A stretch of DNA of 64,000 bases from a virus (IMGVR_UViG_3300025732_000026:24567-88566); one strand, 5' to 3'. Positions 47,783 through 57,266 are shown, counted from the stretch's first letter. Numbers and translations are program-made. Notes: generated by a model not told the origin, from the letters alone.

Positions 47783-48649
47783 ATGCGAAATCTCGCGCAA
47801 TTTTTTGTAGTAATGATGATGTTGATTTGTTTGGATGCATTTGCATCTAATCACAATAACGGCAATGGCAATGGCAATGGTAATAATAATGGTCCTCATT
47901 CATCTAGTGTTGTTGATGTTGATACCAGTGTTATCAATTCTATTTCTAATCGTACTAATGTCGACATTGGTAATACCAACACTTTAACAAATACTCTAGG
48001 TATTTCTGATTCTGGTAATAGCACTAATACCTTGGGACAGTCTATTAATGATTCTGGTAATAGCACTAATACCAATTTTTTGGGTCAGGGTATTTCTGAT
48101 TCTGGCAATGCTAACGCCCACCAAAATCAAACGCAGTCCCAAACTCAGCAACAAGATCAGTCGCAGAGTATGAATGATTCTGGTAATAGCAATGCTACTC
48201 AGTCACAATCCGCATCTAATGCAGGTAATGCTCAAAGTGTTAATATGCATACGCCCAAACAGCATTACAATACACCATCAGCAATGTTGTTTGTGCCACC
48301 ACCAACAGCGACTTGTCAGAATGTGATTGGTGCCGCTGGTATGGGACCAGGAATGGGGTTAAGTATCAGTGGCTCATACACCAATGAGAATTGCGAAATT
48401 CTTGAACTGGCCAAGGCATTGGCTTCAATCGGTCAAGTTAAAGCAAGCTATGAGGTTATGTGCGCAACTAAACACGGCAATTTGACTCAGTTCTGTCGAA
48501 AACTGAATGCTCAAAATGTTGATAAACTCAAGGAAGATGAAAAGGTTGATGTTAAAGGCGCAGTTGCACAAGTTGCAATTCAACAGCCACGAGCAGAAGC
48601 AGGTGCAGTTTTTAATGCCAATCATCCTAATCCTTGGCTGACACATTAA
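47783..48649 (+). CDS. Secreted protein with N/S/Q-rich repeats and a Cys-containing C-terminal domain
   Basis: Signal peptide ending AFA; (I/M)(S/N)DSGN repeats. Confidence 0.7.
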   Translation: MRNLAQFFVVMMMLICLDAFASNHNNGNGNGNGNNNGPHSSSVVDVDTSVINSISNRTNVDIGNTNTLTNTLGISDSGNSTNTLGQSINDSGNSTNTNFLGQGISDSGNANAHQNQTQSQTQQQDQSQSMNDSGNSNATQSQSASNAGNAQSVNMHTPKQHYNTPSAMLFVPPPTATCQNVIGAAGMGPGMGLSISGSYTNENCEILELAKALASIGQVKASYEVMCATKHGNLTQFCRKLNAQNVDKLKEDEKVDVKGAVAQVAIQQPRAEAGAVFNANHPNPWLTH

Positions 48650-48660
48650 TATTTGATTCG

Positions 48661-48690
48661 AAGATTGGTTGATTTCAACCAATCTTCTTT
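48661..48690 (+). terminator. Terminator-like hairpin
   Basis: AAGATTGGTTGA/TCAACCAATCTT inverted repeat. Confidence 0.6.
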
Positions 48691-48702
48691 AAGGACTATA
48701 AT

Positions 48703-48906
48703 ATGACAATAGCATATATTCCACCAGATTCACAAAAAGCAATAGAACTTTTTCCAAACAATGCAAGATATCGAAAAAAATGGCTAGAGAATTATCGGTA
48801 TCTTAAAAATGCAAATAAATTAGCATTAGATACCGGTGGTTGGATTATTGATGGTGGAGAATTTCTGCCAGAATTTAAGTTTAGTTTTTTTAATGGAGTT
48901 AAATAA
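48703..48906 (+). CDS. Hypothetical protein
   Basis: AAGGA SD. Confidence 0.55.
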   Translation: MTIAYIPPDSQKAIELFPNNARYRKKWLENYRYLKNANKLALDTGGWIIDGGEFLPEFKFSFFNGVK

Positions 48907-48907
48907 T

Positions 48908-49198
48908 ATGTTAATTGAAAATAAATTTGCTGGAAATGCAGTTGAAACTAAACAGTCAAGAATTTTTGAATTATTAAACGAAACGGACAAAGAATTTTCA
49001 TCCGTATTTGATTTATTGGAGACTCTACACTCAAAAATGCGACCGATTTTGACGGATAATGGGAGTCACTCATTGCCGGTAAAAGAGCAAGCAATTCCAC
49101 AACGAAGTGAAATTGCCAATATAATTGCTACAAATAATGATAAAATAAAGGACATTAAATCTCGCCTAATCTTTTTATTAGATAATATTGAGTTATAA
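48908..49198 (+). CDS. Hypothetical coiled-coil protein
   Basis: GGAG SD, ATG at 48908. Confidence 0.55.
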   Translation: MLIENKFAGNAVETKQSRIFELLNETDKEFSSVFDLLETLHSKMRPILTDNGSHSLPVKEQAIPQRSEIANIIATNNDKIKDIKSRLIFLLDNIEL

Positions 49199-49200
49199 TT

Positions 49201-49449
49201 ATGTCAAATTACGAACTAGAATTGGATTTGTCCAACTTTCTAATTGAACATCTATCCCTTCCAATTAATACTAAACTCTATAGAGATTCCAAACTATCCG
49301 ATTGTGGTTTGGATTCACTCGATATGGTTGATATGATTTTCTTAGTAGAAGATCGATATGATGTTGTATTGGAAAATACACACAATATCTATACTTTTGG
49401 AAATTTACTTGATATAATAGATTCCAAATTAAACATACATCAATTATGA
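49201..49449 (+). CDS. Acyl carrier protein-like
   Basis: GLDSLDMVDMIFLVEDRY with the DSL phosphopantetheinylation Ser; acidic, 82 aa. Confidence 0.8.
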   Translation: MSNYELELDLSNFLIEHLSLPINTKLYRDSKLSDCGLDSLDMVDMIFLVEDRYDVVLENTHNIYTFGNLLDIIDSKLNIHQL

Positions 49450-49623
49450 TTTATATAATAACACCTTTAATCAACATTAAATAATATTTTGAGTCTATAT
49501 AATGAAAGAAAATATTGCATTAATTATACTTTTTATGTTAAAATTTGTATCATGTTTATTGGTAACAGCGGTAATTTTACAAGCTGTTAAAGAAATATTA
49601 TTAACGTGGCATTGATTTAAATT

Positions 49624-49696
49624 GATATTCTAAGTTTAATGGTAAAACTGACAGCACAAGTCATGCCAATATGGGTTCAAATTCGATTGAATATTA
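49624..49696 (+). pseudogene. Degenerate tRNA-like element upstream of rtcB
   Basis: GATATTC/GAATATT acceptor, AGTTT-AATGGTA-AAACT D arm, TGAC-AGCACAA-GTCA arm, GGTTCAAAT T loop; no CCA. Confidence 0.5.
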
Positions 49697-49714
49697 AATA
49701 GGTAGGAATATATT

Positions 49715-50947
49715 ATGTCTACACAAAATTATGAATTTATTGAAGGTTCCGCTGTTAATATTAAAGCATGGACCAAGAACTTGCCAATCGAATCAATGGC
49801 TATTGATCAATTAAAAAATATTGCTTCACTTCCATTTATTCATAGTCATGTCGCAGTAATGCCAGATGTTCATGCCGGAAAGGGTGCAACTGTTGGATCA
49901 GTAATTCCAACAAACAAAGCAATCATTCCGGCAGCGGTTGGTGTAGATATTGGATGTGGTATGATTGCCGTTAAAACTTCACTAACAGCAAATGATTTGC
50001 CGGATAATTTACTGAACATTAGATTGTCCATCGAATCCAGTGTACCACATGGTAGAACTAATAATGGTGGCGTAGGAGATAGAGGAGCATGGGGCGATGT
50101 TCCAGATGATATTCAATTTATTGCTATGATGTCATTACACGAAGATTTATGTGAACTCGTGCATAAACACGATGGATTAAATTCCGCATCCAAACGCTAT
50201 CAAAATCATTTAGGAACATTGGGAACAGGAAATCATTTCATCGAAATATGCTTAGATGAATCTGATAATGTTTGGATCATGTTACATTCCGGCTCGCGCG
50301 GTATTGGAAATAGAATAGGATCATATTTTATTGAAAAAGCTAAATCGGAAATGGAAAAATGGTATATACATCTTCCTGATTCTGATTTGGCATATCTGCC
50401 AGAAGGTTCTGAGTATTTTGATGATTATATTACAGCATTGGATTGGGCACAGCGATATGCAAAATTAAATCGTGAGATAATGATGAAAAATGTTATTACC
50501 GCGATGAAATCTTGTATTCCAAAATCGTTTGATACTGATATTATGGCAATTAATTGTCATCATAACTACGTCTCAAAGGAACGTCATTTTGGTAAAAATG
50601 TTTATGTTACCCGTAAAGGTGCAGTATCAGCACAAAAAGATCAATATGGAATTATTCCAGGATCAATGGGAGCAAAATCATTTATTGTAAGAGGTTTGGG
50701 TAATCGTGAATCATTTTGTTCATGTTCTCATGGAGCTGGTCGTAGAATGTCACGAACAGAGGCGCGAAATACATTCACATTAGATGATCATATTCATGCT
50801 ACTGAAGGTGTTGAATGTCGCAAAGATATTGATGTGATTGATGAAACGCCATTAGCGTATAAGGATATTGATATTGTTATGGCAGCACAATCTGATTTGG
50901 TTGAAATAGTACATACATTAAAACAAGTATTGTGCGTAAAAGGTTAA
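49715..50947 (+). CDS. rtcB: RNA-splicing/repair ligase RtcB
   Basis: MPDVHAGKG, VGVDIGCG, GTLGTGNHFIE, HSGSRG, HHNY, PGSMG, SHGAGR. Confidence 0.95.
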   Translation: MSTQNYEFIEGSAVNIKAWTKNLPIESMAIDQLKNIASLPFIHSHVAVMPDVHAGKGATVGSVIPTNKAIIPAAVGVDIGCGMIAVKTSLTANDLPDNLLNIRLSIESSVPHGRTNNGGVGDRGAWGDVPDDIQFIAMMSLHEDLCELVHKHDGLNSASKRYQNHLGTLGTGNHFIEICLDESDNVWIMLHSGSRGIGNRIGSYFIEKAKSEMEKWYIHLPDSDLAYLPEGSEYFDDYITALDWAQRYAKLNREIMMKNVITAMKSCIPKSFDTDIMAINCHHNYVSKERHFGKNVYVTRKGAVSAQKDQYGIIPGSMGAKSFIVRGLGNRESFCSCSHGAGRRMSRTEARNTFTLDDHIHATEGVECRKDIDVIDETPLAYKDIDIVMAAQSDLVEIVHTLKQVLCVKG

Positions 50948-50951
50948 TTAG

Positions 50952-51022
50952 AGGTATGTAACTTAATGGTAAAGTGTAGAATTCATGATTCAAGAAAGAT
51001 GGTTCGATTCCATCCATACCTA
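50952..51022 (+). tRNA. tRNA-like element with a CAT anticodon (Met/Ile2-like, possibly a pseudo-tRNA) just downstream of rtcB
   Basis: AGGTATG/CATACCT acceptor, ACTT-AATGGTA-AAGT D arm, TAGAA-TTCATGA-TTCAA (one mismatch), GATGG-TTCGATT-CCATC; no encoded CCA. Confidence 0.65.
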
Positions 51023-51043
51023 ATATTATATTGAAGTTATATT

Positions 51044-51778
51044 ATGAAAATCATATCTAAATTTGAAGATTATTACGATTATGTTGGTAAAATTAACGAT
51101 ACCGACGATAGAGTAATTTATGATCGTAGAGCAATTGCGCAAACCGATGTTAATATAAAAGGTTCAATAAAACGAACTTATTTAGAAAATATAACACGCG
51201 ATTTGAAATTGAATTATAAATTATATGAGTATGCATTAAAGTATTTGATCGTATTTGATAAAATGTATATGATTGTCAATACAATACCTAAGAAATGTGA
51301 TCCAATCAAAAGGTATAATTTAAAAAATGACTATAAATTACTATCAAGAAAAAATGAAGAACATCTTCCTCTAATTGACAGTATTGAAAAAGTCAATAAT
51401 AGATATAGATGGCATGCAAATGTATTATTTTATGATATCGAAGAACATTTTTGTAGGCAAGACCCATTATTAATTAGTGCTTGTAGAGAAGTCAAACATC
51501 CAATTTTCGTGATTACTTCTATTGAGCATAAAACAACAACTTGGAGAGATGAGAATATCACTACGGCTTTAAAAATCGATGAGAATATTCCAGTATTGAA
51601 AGATTTGGGATTTTCATCTATTATGAAACCTGAAATTTTATACCAAGAAATCGAATATTTTATCTCAAATACAATTAGAGAAAATCCTGATATTAAACCA
51701 CCAGTTGAAATATCCGATAGACATAAAATTCCGCAACATGGATTTGATTTGAAACAATCATTTAGGCATGGAAAATAA
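51044..51778 (+). CDS. Conserved phage hypothetical protein
   Basis: MKIISKFEDYYD, P.LKDLGF, HGFDLKQSFR. Confidence 0.7.
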   Translation: MKIISKFEDYYDYVGKINDTDDRVIYDRRAIAQTDVNIKGSIKRTYLENITRDLKLNYKLYEYALKYLIVFDKMYMIVNTIPKKCDPIKRYNLKNDYKLLSRKNEEHLPLIDSIEKVNNRYRWHANVLFYDIEEHFCRQDPLLISACREVKHPIFVITSIEHKTTTWRDENITTALKIDENIPVLKDLGFSSIMKPEILYQEIEYFISNTIRENPDIKPPVEISDRHKIPQHGFDLKQSFRHGK

Positions 51779-51797
51779 CGCGAATAAAAAAAAACTA

Positions 51798-51826
51798 TTT
51801 ACAGTAAGAAATTTTTACTGTATAAT
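51798..51826 (+). promoter_or_regulatory. Early promoter with an internal inverted repeat
   Basis: TTTACA-17 nt-TATAAT; ACAGTAA/TTACTGT palindrome spanning the spacer. Confidence 0.7.
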
Positions 51827-51885
51827 TGCTCTTGTAATGTCAATAATATGTAATTTTAAAATATTATTAATTCGGAGAAAATGAA

Positions 51886-52170
51886 ATGTCACAAAAACCT
51901 GATAGTGTTGTTGAATTGAGTGATACGCTTACTTTATGCGAATTCAAGTCGGGTGGTGATCGCGGATTTTGGTTATACGATGAAACCAGAGGCATGAATT
52001 TGGCAATGAAAGCCACAACTGAGAGAGAGGCATTTGTGGAGACTCTAACATATTATCAAGAAAGATTGGCCCGAATAGAAAGTGCTTATTTTGAGTTAAA
52101 AAAACGAGTCGATGACTTTGTTATCAACGTGCGCGAAAAAGATGATGATGATGATGATGATTGTTTTTAA
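51886..52170 (+). CDS. Hypothetical early protein
   Basis: GGAG SD; GFWLYDETRGMNL.M. Confidence 0.65.
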   Translation: MSQKPDSVVELSDTLTLCEFKSGGDRGFWLYDETRGMNLAMKATTEREAFVETLTYYQERLARIESAYFELKKRVDDFVINVREKDDDDDDDCF

Positions 52171-52185
52171 TATTTTGGAGATATA

Positions 52186-53052
52186 ATGGATATCAAATAT
52201 ACAAAAGATGGTAAAAAAGTAGTTGTGGTGGGCAAACTTAACGCAACCCAGAGTATTGTACAGGAAATCTTCGTTAGCGCAGATGGTACAGAATTACCCG
52301 CAGGTGATAATTTTGTCGCATCAAATTTGTTGTCAGAACCAATTAAATCATGGCAAGAAAATCGCCTAGCGACTTTGCAAACTAAGTATGATGAAGATCG
52401 CAAATTGTTTGAAAGTAATATCACACAGCAAAGAAAAAAATATGATCAAGATCGTCAAAAATTACAAGAAAAAACAAAGCAATTGGATTTTATCTATAAA
52501 AATATAGATAAAGAACCTTTTACAACATTGTTCAATTTTATAGAAGATAAAATAACACATTTTGTATGTATAAACTATAATGAAACGGTAATAAAATCAT
52601 ATGATGATGTCATGTTTTATGTATCACAACATGATTCGGGTGGAATAAAGTTATTAACATTGTATGGTACTGGCTGGACCCCCGGTGATTCTCGAACAAA
52701 AACACCTCTTGGATTTACATGGAAGATATCTCAATATGATGATGGATCTGGCAATCGATATGAGTTACTACCAGCAACATCATATGAAAATGCAATTCAA
52801 CTGGGGATAGATTATATATTAACTAAACATAAAAATGAGAAACGTATCACTGAAATGATGCTAAAATTTCAGCATAAGTATTGTCTAAAAATATTTTCAG
52901 ATGAGGAATTAATTGAATATTATGAAAAAGTATTGAATAATATTCAATCATTTAATCTTAAAAATATCGAGAAACTTCATTCCGCTGTACAAGATAGCGA
53001 AAGTGAAATCAAACAAATAAAAGATATACTAAAACAATTGAATAAAAAATAA
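52186..53052 (+). CDS. Hypothetical early protein
   Basis: KYTKDGKKVVVVGKLN..IVQEIFV. Confidence 0.7.
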   Translation: MDIKYTKDGKKVVVVGKLNATQSIVQEIFVSADGTELPAGDNFVASNLLSEPIKSWQENRLATLQTKYDEDRKLFESNITQQRKKYDQDRQKLQEKTKQLDFIYKNIDKEPFTTLFNFIEDKITHFVCINYNETVIKSYDDVMFYVSQHDSGGIKLLTLYGTGWTPGDSRTKTPLGFTWKISQYDDGSGNRYELLPATSYENAIQLGIDYILTKHKNEKRITEMMLKFQHKYCLKIFSDEELIEYYEKVLNNIQSFNLKNIEKLHSAVQDSESEIKQIKDILKQLNKK

Positions 53053-53069
53053 TGTAAAGTGAGGTTGTA

Positions 53070-53393
53070 GTGAATGATACAAAAAGTGAAGAAATTTTAT
53101 ACCGAATATCTTGGAAAATAACAAGGGAATATAGAAATAGTTTAGATGATGAATTCGATTTTGTTAACATCGATGAGAATAGTTATAGAACGCTATTTGA
53201 TTCTGTTGCTGAAGCATTTCAATATTTCTATACATTACATGGAATAAGTAATTATTTAAGATATCAACACGGTCCGGAAGATCATTTCTTTATCACATTT
53301 TATGATAATGATCCTGTTGATGATGTTGACTGTGCAAATAGAGTTGTATATTATGAAATATATGTTAAATCATATTTATTAAAAGAACTTTAA
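53070..53393 (+). CDS. Hypothetical protein
   Basis: GAGG SD, GTG start. Confidence 0.55.
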   Translation: MNDTKSEEILYRISWKITREYRNSLDDEFDFVNIDENSYRTLFDSVAEAFQYFYTLHGISNYLRYQHGPEDHFFITFYDNDPVDDVDCANRVVYYEIYVKSYLLKEL

Positions 53394-53898
53394 TCGTAAA
53401 TTTGGAGATTTAAATGTATAAAGTGTTATTTGCTGAAGGTAATTTTAGCGCAAACAAGCATTGATATTGCAGTTATGAAATGGAAATAAAATGAAAAATT
53501 TTATCATATTATGTTTAATTGGATATATTTTAGTGATAAGTTATCACGATAATCCATCCAATATACTTGATCCTATTAATAAATTATTTTCTACTATTAC
53601 ATTATTGCTATTACAGTCAAAATAGTATATGTTATTTTCTTAATGTTTAATTTTATGAAAATCACACAAAGTAGTTGATTTAATTATATTTTCTAAAATT
53701 TCCTTAATTTAATTAACATTTATTTTTTGTAGACATACTCAGCTATTCCTTATGATAAATTATATTAATCTTTTCAATAACTCTTTGATTATTAATATGA
53801 TATTGAAAAGTTGATACAAAATGTTAGTCGTTGATTTTAAAGACAAAAACGACTTTTAGTGAAATAGAATTTTCTTTTTGTATCCTGTTTTAAAATGC

Positions 53899-53926
53899 TT
53901 TACAAAAAGAAATAATTCTGTATAAT
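53899..53926 (+). promoter_or_regulatory. Early promoter
   Basis: TTTACA-16 nt-TATAAT with an AAGAAATAATTCTG spacer. Confidence 0.65.
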
Positions 53927-53957
53927 TGATGAGAGGATATTCTATGTGGAGTTTATT

Positions 53958-54365
53958 ATGAGTATTAGTTCAAGAACAGCAATAGAACTTGCAACCGCAA
54001 CAACTGAAAAAAACAGTAAATTATCAACAATTTTTCGAGAAGCGAAAAATATATTTGATGCCAACAAGTCAAATACATGTGATGTATTTCCTCTATTAAA
54101 TCAAGATATAAATTATCAGCAAATTATTGATGATTTAAATTTAAATATGAGAGAATGTGATATAGTGTATCTGACGCACTTTTATCATGCAGCATATACA
54201 ACTATTAATATTTCACACCATGCAATGAAAGAAGTTATATCGGATATTGATAAAAAAAGAGTTATTGAGGTTGATGCTTGTATACAACGGCTTGGATTAG
54301 ATAGAAATCTATTATTATGCGATGAGCTAAAAGATAACATTGAACAAGTATTAAGAGATTTATAA
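53958..54365 (+). CDS. Hypothetical early protein (paralogue of 60161..60514)
   Basis: Shared AK.(I/L)F, FP, DIN, LD.NL.L.D.LKD motifs. Confidence 0.65.
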   Translation: MSISSRTAIELATATTEKNSKLSTIFREAKNIFDANKSNTCDVFPLLNQDINYQQIIDDLNLNMRECDIVYLTHFYHAAYTTINISHHAMKEVISDIDKKRVIEVDACIQRLGLDRNLLLCDELKDNIEQVLRDL

Positions 54366-54712
54366 TGAAGTCAATTGACTATTATTATCTAATATCGGAA
54401 TTAAGATCATACGATGATCTTGAAGCGAACTGGGATGGCGAAAATGCAGATAAACCGAAAAAAACAAGTTTAAATCTTTGTGTTAATTATTTAACTAAAC
54501 ACAAAGATATTTTAATAGATATGCCTGATTCAATGCTACATGCAGATGGTACAGTTAGTTTATTTTGGAACTCGATTGATGGTTATTATAAAGAAATACA
54601 TTTTCTTGATGATTCTAATATACCAGCAATTCTTTTAGATAAGATTAATAGAATTAAATATACTATAACATTTGATTCGAATTTTAATATAGTGAAATAT
54701 TCCCAACATTAG
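54365..54712 (+). CDS. Hypothetical protein
   Basis: NWDGENA.KP and DGTVSL.W motifs. Confidence 0.65.
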   Translation: MKSIDYYYLISELRSYDDLEANWDGENADKPKKTSLNLCVNYLTKHKDILIDMPDSMLHADGTVSLFWNSIDGYYKEIHFLDDSNIPAILLDKINRIKYTITFDSNFNIVKYSQH

Positions 54713-54732
54713 AAATGGAGAAAATTTAACAA

Positions 54733-54939
54733 ATGACAACAGTTAAAGAATTTAAAGAATATTTGAATACGTTACCAGATGACACCATAGTAGAGTGTCT
54801 TAAAATTATAGATGACGGTGAATCCTATGATTACAGGTACATGAGATTAGATATTCTTGAATGCTGCGATTTCATTGCAAAAAATGAAAATTTTAAAAAC
54901 AGCAATAATTTCTTACAAATTGGAAAGGAACCGTGGTAA
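54733..54939 (+). CDS. Hypothetical protein
   Basis: MTTVKEFKEYLNTLPDD start, GGAG SD. Confidence 0.6.
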   Translation: MTTVKEFKEYLNTLPDDTIVECLKIIDDGESYDYRYMRLDILECCDFIAKNENFKNSNNFLQIGKEPW

Positions 54940-54941
54940 TT

Positions 54942-56099
54942 ATGAGAAAATTAGTGACATTGAGAAAAATAACAAAAATTATTCCACACACTAATGCCGA
55001 CAATCTTGAACTGGCAATCATAGATGGCTGGCAAGTTGTTGTTAAAAAAAATGAATTTAAACAAAATGATTTAGTTGTATATTTTGAGATTGATTCTTTA
55101 TTGCCTATTACTGAAGAATTTGAATTTCTTCGAAAATCATCATATATCAAAAAAGATTGGCTTAAATCATCTTTTCCAAATGGCGAAGCATTTCGATTGC
55201 GAACGATTAAACTTAGAAAAGAATTATCACAGGGATTAATTATTCCTATTTCAGATAAACTAAGCGTTGTTATTAATAATGGAAGTGTTAACACAGATGA
55301 CGATTTATCTGATTTTTTTGGTGTTAAGAAATATGATCCGCCATTAAATATTAGTAATGGCACTAGAAGTTTAGTTCAATGCAAATTTCCAGAATTAATT
55401 CCAAAGACTGATCAAGAAAGAATTCAAAATATAACTTATGATGAGTTATTATCAAGTTTTAATTTAGCGGAAACATTTGAAGTCACTCAAAAATATAATG
55501 GGTCGTCAATTACCATATATCAAACCAAAAACAAATTATCCAATTTTGATAAATTCAAATTACGATTATATAATTTTTTTGGATTAAAAAATAAAACTTA
55601 TGAATTGGAATATTATTTTGGAGTATGTTCTCGAAATCTCGAATTGAAATTATCAGATAAAAATTCAAAATTTGTTCAGACTGCACTTAATGAAAAATAT
55701 GATGAAGTTTTAAAATTTATATGCGAAATGACTGGATGGGATCTGGCAATACAGGGAGAATTGATTGGAGAAAGCATTCAGGGAAATTGGCATGGAATAT
55801 CTGGAAACACTATTATGATATTTGACATTTATAATATATCAACTGGTAGATATTTGGATCCAAGTCATAGAAAAGATATGTTATATCTAATTAATTCTAA
55901 ATTTCCTCATATTAAACATGTGGATGTTCTGAATAGCGAATATAAATTAACTGGTATTGATCGTCAACAATTCTTAGATTTAGCAGAATATAAACTAGAT
56001 AATGGGAATGAAAATGAAGGAGTTGTCTTTAAATCAAATCTTAGACAATTTTCATTTAAAGCAATATCTAATTCATTTTTATTGAAGGGCGGTGAGTAA
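54942..56099 (+). CDS. RNA ligase, DRB0094/Rnl2-like family
   Basis: N-terminal OB-like GWQVVVKK..VYFEIDS, IPKTDQERIQN, motif I KYNGSS, QGELIG, EGVVFK, FKAISN. Confidence 0.88.
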   Translation: MRKLVTLRKITKIIPHTNADNLELAIIDGWQVVVKKNEFKQNDLVVYFEIDSLLPITEEFEFLRKSSYIKKDWLKSSFPNGEAFRLRTIKLRKELSQGLIIPISDKLSVVINNGSVNTDDDLSDFFGVKKYDPPLNISNGTRSLVQCKFPELIPKTDQERIQNITYDELLSSFNLAETFEVTQKYNGSSITIYQTKNKLSNFDKFKLRLYNFFGLKNKTYELEYYFGVCSRNLELKLSDKNSKFVQTALNEKYDEVLKFICEMTGWDLAIQGELIGESIQGNWHGISGNTIMIFDIYNISTGRYLDPSHRKDMLYLINSKFPHIKHVDVLNSEYKLTGIDRQQFLDLAEYKLDNGNENEGVVFKSNLRQFSFKAISNSFLLKGGE

Positions 56100-56453
56100 A
56101 TGCCGCTTAGTTTCATTGAAAAAAATAAATACAATTTTGTTATATTTAAAGATGATGATTATATTGGAACAATTGAAAATAGTATACATGGTGTTACAAT
56201 TGATTTAATTGATACAGAACATACCCTGGATGATATGACAAGAATTGTTAATAAAATGCGAATTATATCTGAAACATATTTTGTTGAATTGTTATCTGAG
56301 AAATTAATACAGTATAATTATACTGTATTTTATGATTATATATCTGAAAGTTTTAATATATTGTATGGAAAAGATTGGATCTTTGAAGCATTTTCAATCG
56401 AATCTTTGTTAAAATATATCAGAGAAGAATTGGTGGATTTAGAAAATTCTTGA
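56100..56453 (+). CDS. Hypothetical early protein (paralogue of 60671..61051)
   Basis: Shared DM..I.NKM, E.L.EKL..Y.Y.V.YD motifs. Confidence 0.65.
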   Translation: MPLSFIEKNKYNFVIFKDDDYIGTIENSIHGVTIDLIDTEHTLDDMTRIVNKMRIISETYFVELLSEKLIQYNYTVFYDYISESFNILYGKDWIFEAFSIESLLKYIREELVDLENS

Positions 56454-56478
56454 CAGTAAGAAATTTTTGTTATATAAT
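56450..56478 (+). promoter_or_regulatory. Early promoter (repeated cassette)
   Basis: TTGACA-17 nt-TATAAT; TTCTTGACAGTAAGAAATTTTT. Confidence 0.8.
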
Positions 56479-56521
56479 GTATTCGTAGTGAAGATTAATT
56501 AATTTGATAGGAAATAACATA

Positions 56522-56992
56522 ATGGACTTATTTAATTATATGCAAGACGGAGCATGTCCGGCTGCAAGGGCGGTGTTAGCATATTTGCAAAGAGAATCAA
56601 CTAACATTGAGGATTCTTGGAATAAAGAATATCATTGTTATGATGCAAGATTTGAAATTGGCAGATGGGAAAATTGTCGGGAACAAGGATACATTGTATC
56701 ACTTAAAAATAAAGATCACTCTCAGCAATTAAATATTGCATTCTTTGAACATAGAAATTCGAACGACATCTGTTGTATTAAATGGCTGCAATATTCAATA
56801 AATTCTTTATCGATTGATACCATGGACACGAAGGGCGAAGTATATAATACTAAATGGGATGTATCCAAATCATTCAATTATGATGGAATAATTGAATGCG
56901 CCAATTGGATTGCAGGTGAATTTAGGCAATTTTGGAACACCACTAAAAAAGATTATGTTGTGGCTAATTCAATTCTAACAAACGAAGTCTAA
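56522..56992 (+). CDS. Hypothetical early protein
   Basis: First gene after the promoter; NCREQGY, FFEHRNSN. Confidence 0.7.
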   Translation: MDLFNYMQDGACPAARAVLAYLQRESTNIEDSWNKEYHCYDARFEIGRWENCREQGYIVSLKNKDHSQQLNIAFFEHRNSNDICCIKWLQYSINSLSIDTMDTKGEVYNTKWDVSKSFNYDGIIECANWIAGEFRQFWNTTKKDYVVANSILTNEV

Positions 56993-57070
56993 TGATTAAT
57001 TGCATCAGATCATTTTTCGAAATCAATTACTATTATAGAATAATAGTGGAGATTAATTATGAGGGATAAC

Positions 57071-57184
57071 ATGCGACAAAATGGATTTACTTTGATAGAA
57101 TGGATAATGGTGGTTGCTACCATTTTGATAATACTTGCATTATTTATTCCAGCAATCATAAATAATGCAGACTTTTTTCAATAG
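57071..57184 (+). CDS. Mini type IV pilin-like peptide (37 aa, not in track)
   Basis: MRQNG|FTLIEWIMVVATILIILALFIPAIINNADFFQ: prepilin cleavage/N-methylation motif with E5 and a Pro near position 22; GAGGGA SD. Confidence 0.75.
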   Translation: MRQNGFTLIEWIMVVATILIILALFIPAIINNADFFQ

Positions 57185-57238
57185 AATTGGCGTGTTGAAA
57201 ATGAATATGAAGAAAAATATTGATGGATTTAAAAATTC

Positions 57239-57266
57239 TTGACATTAGGAAATAATTCTGTATAAT
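57239..57266 (+). promoter_or_regulatory. Early promoter (repeated cassette)
   Basis: TTGACA-16 nt-TATAAT. Confidence 0.75.
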
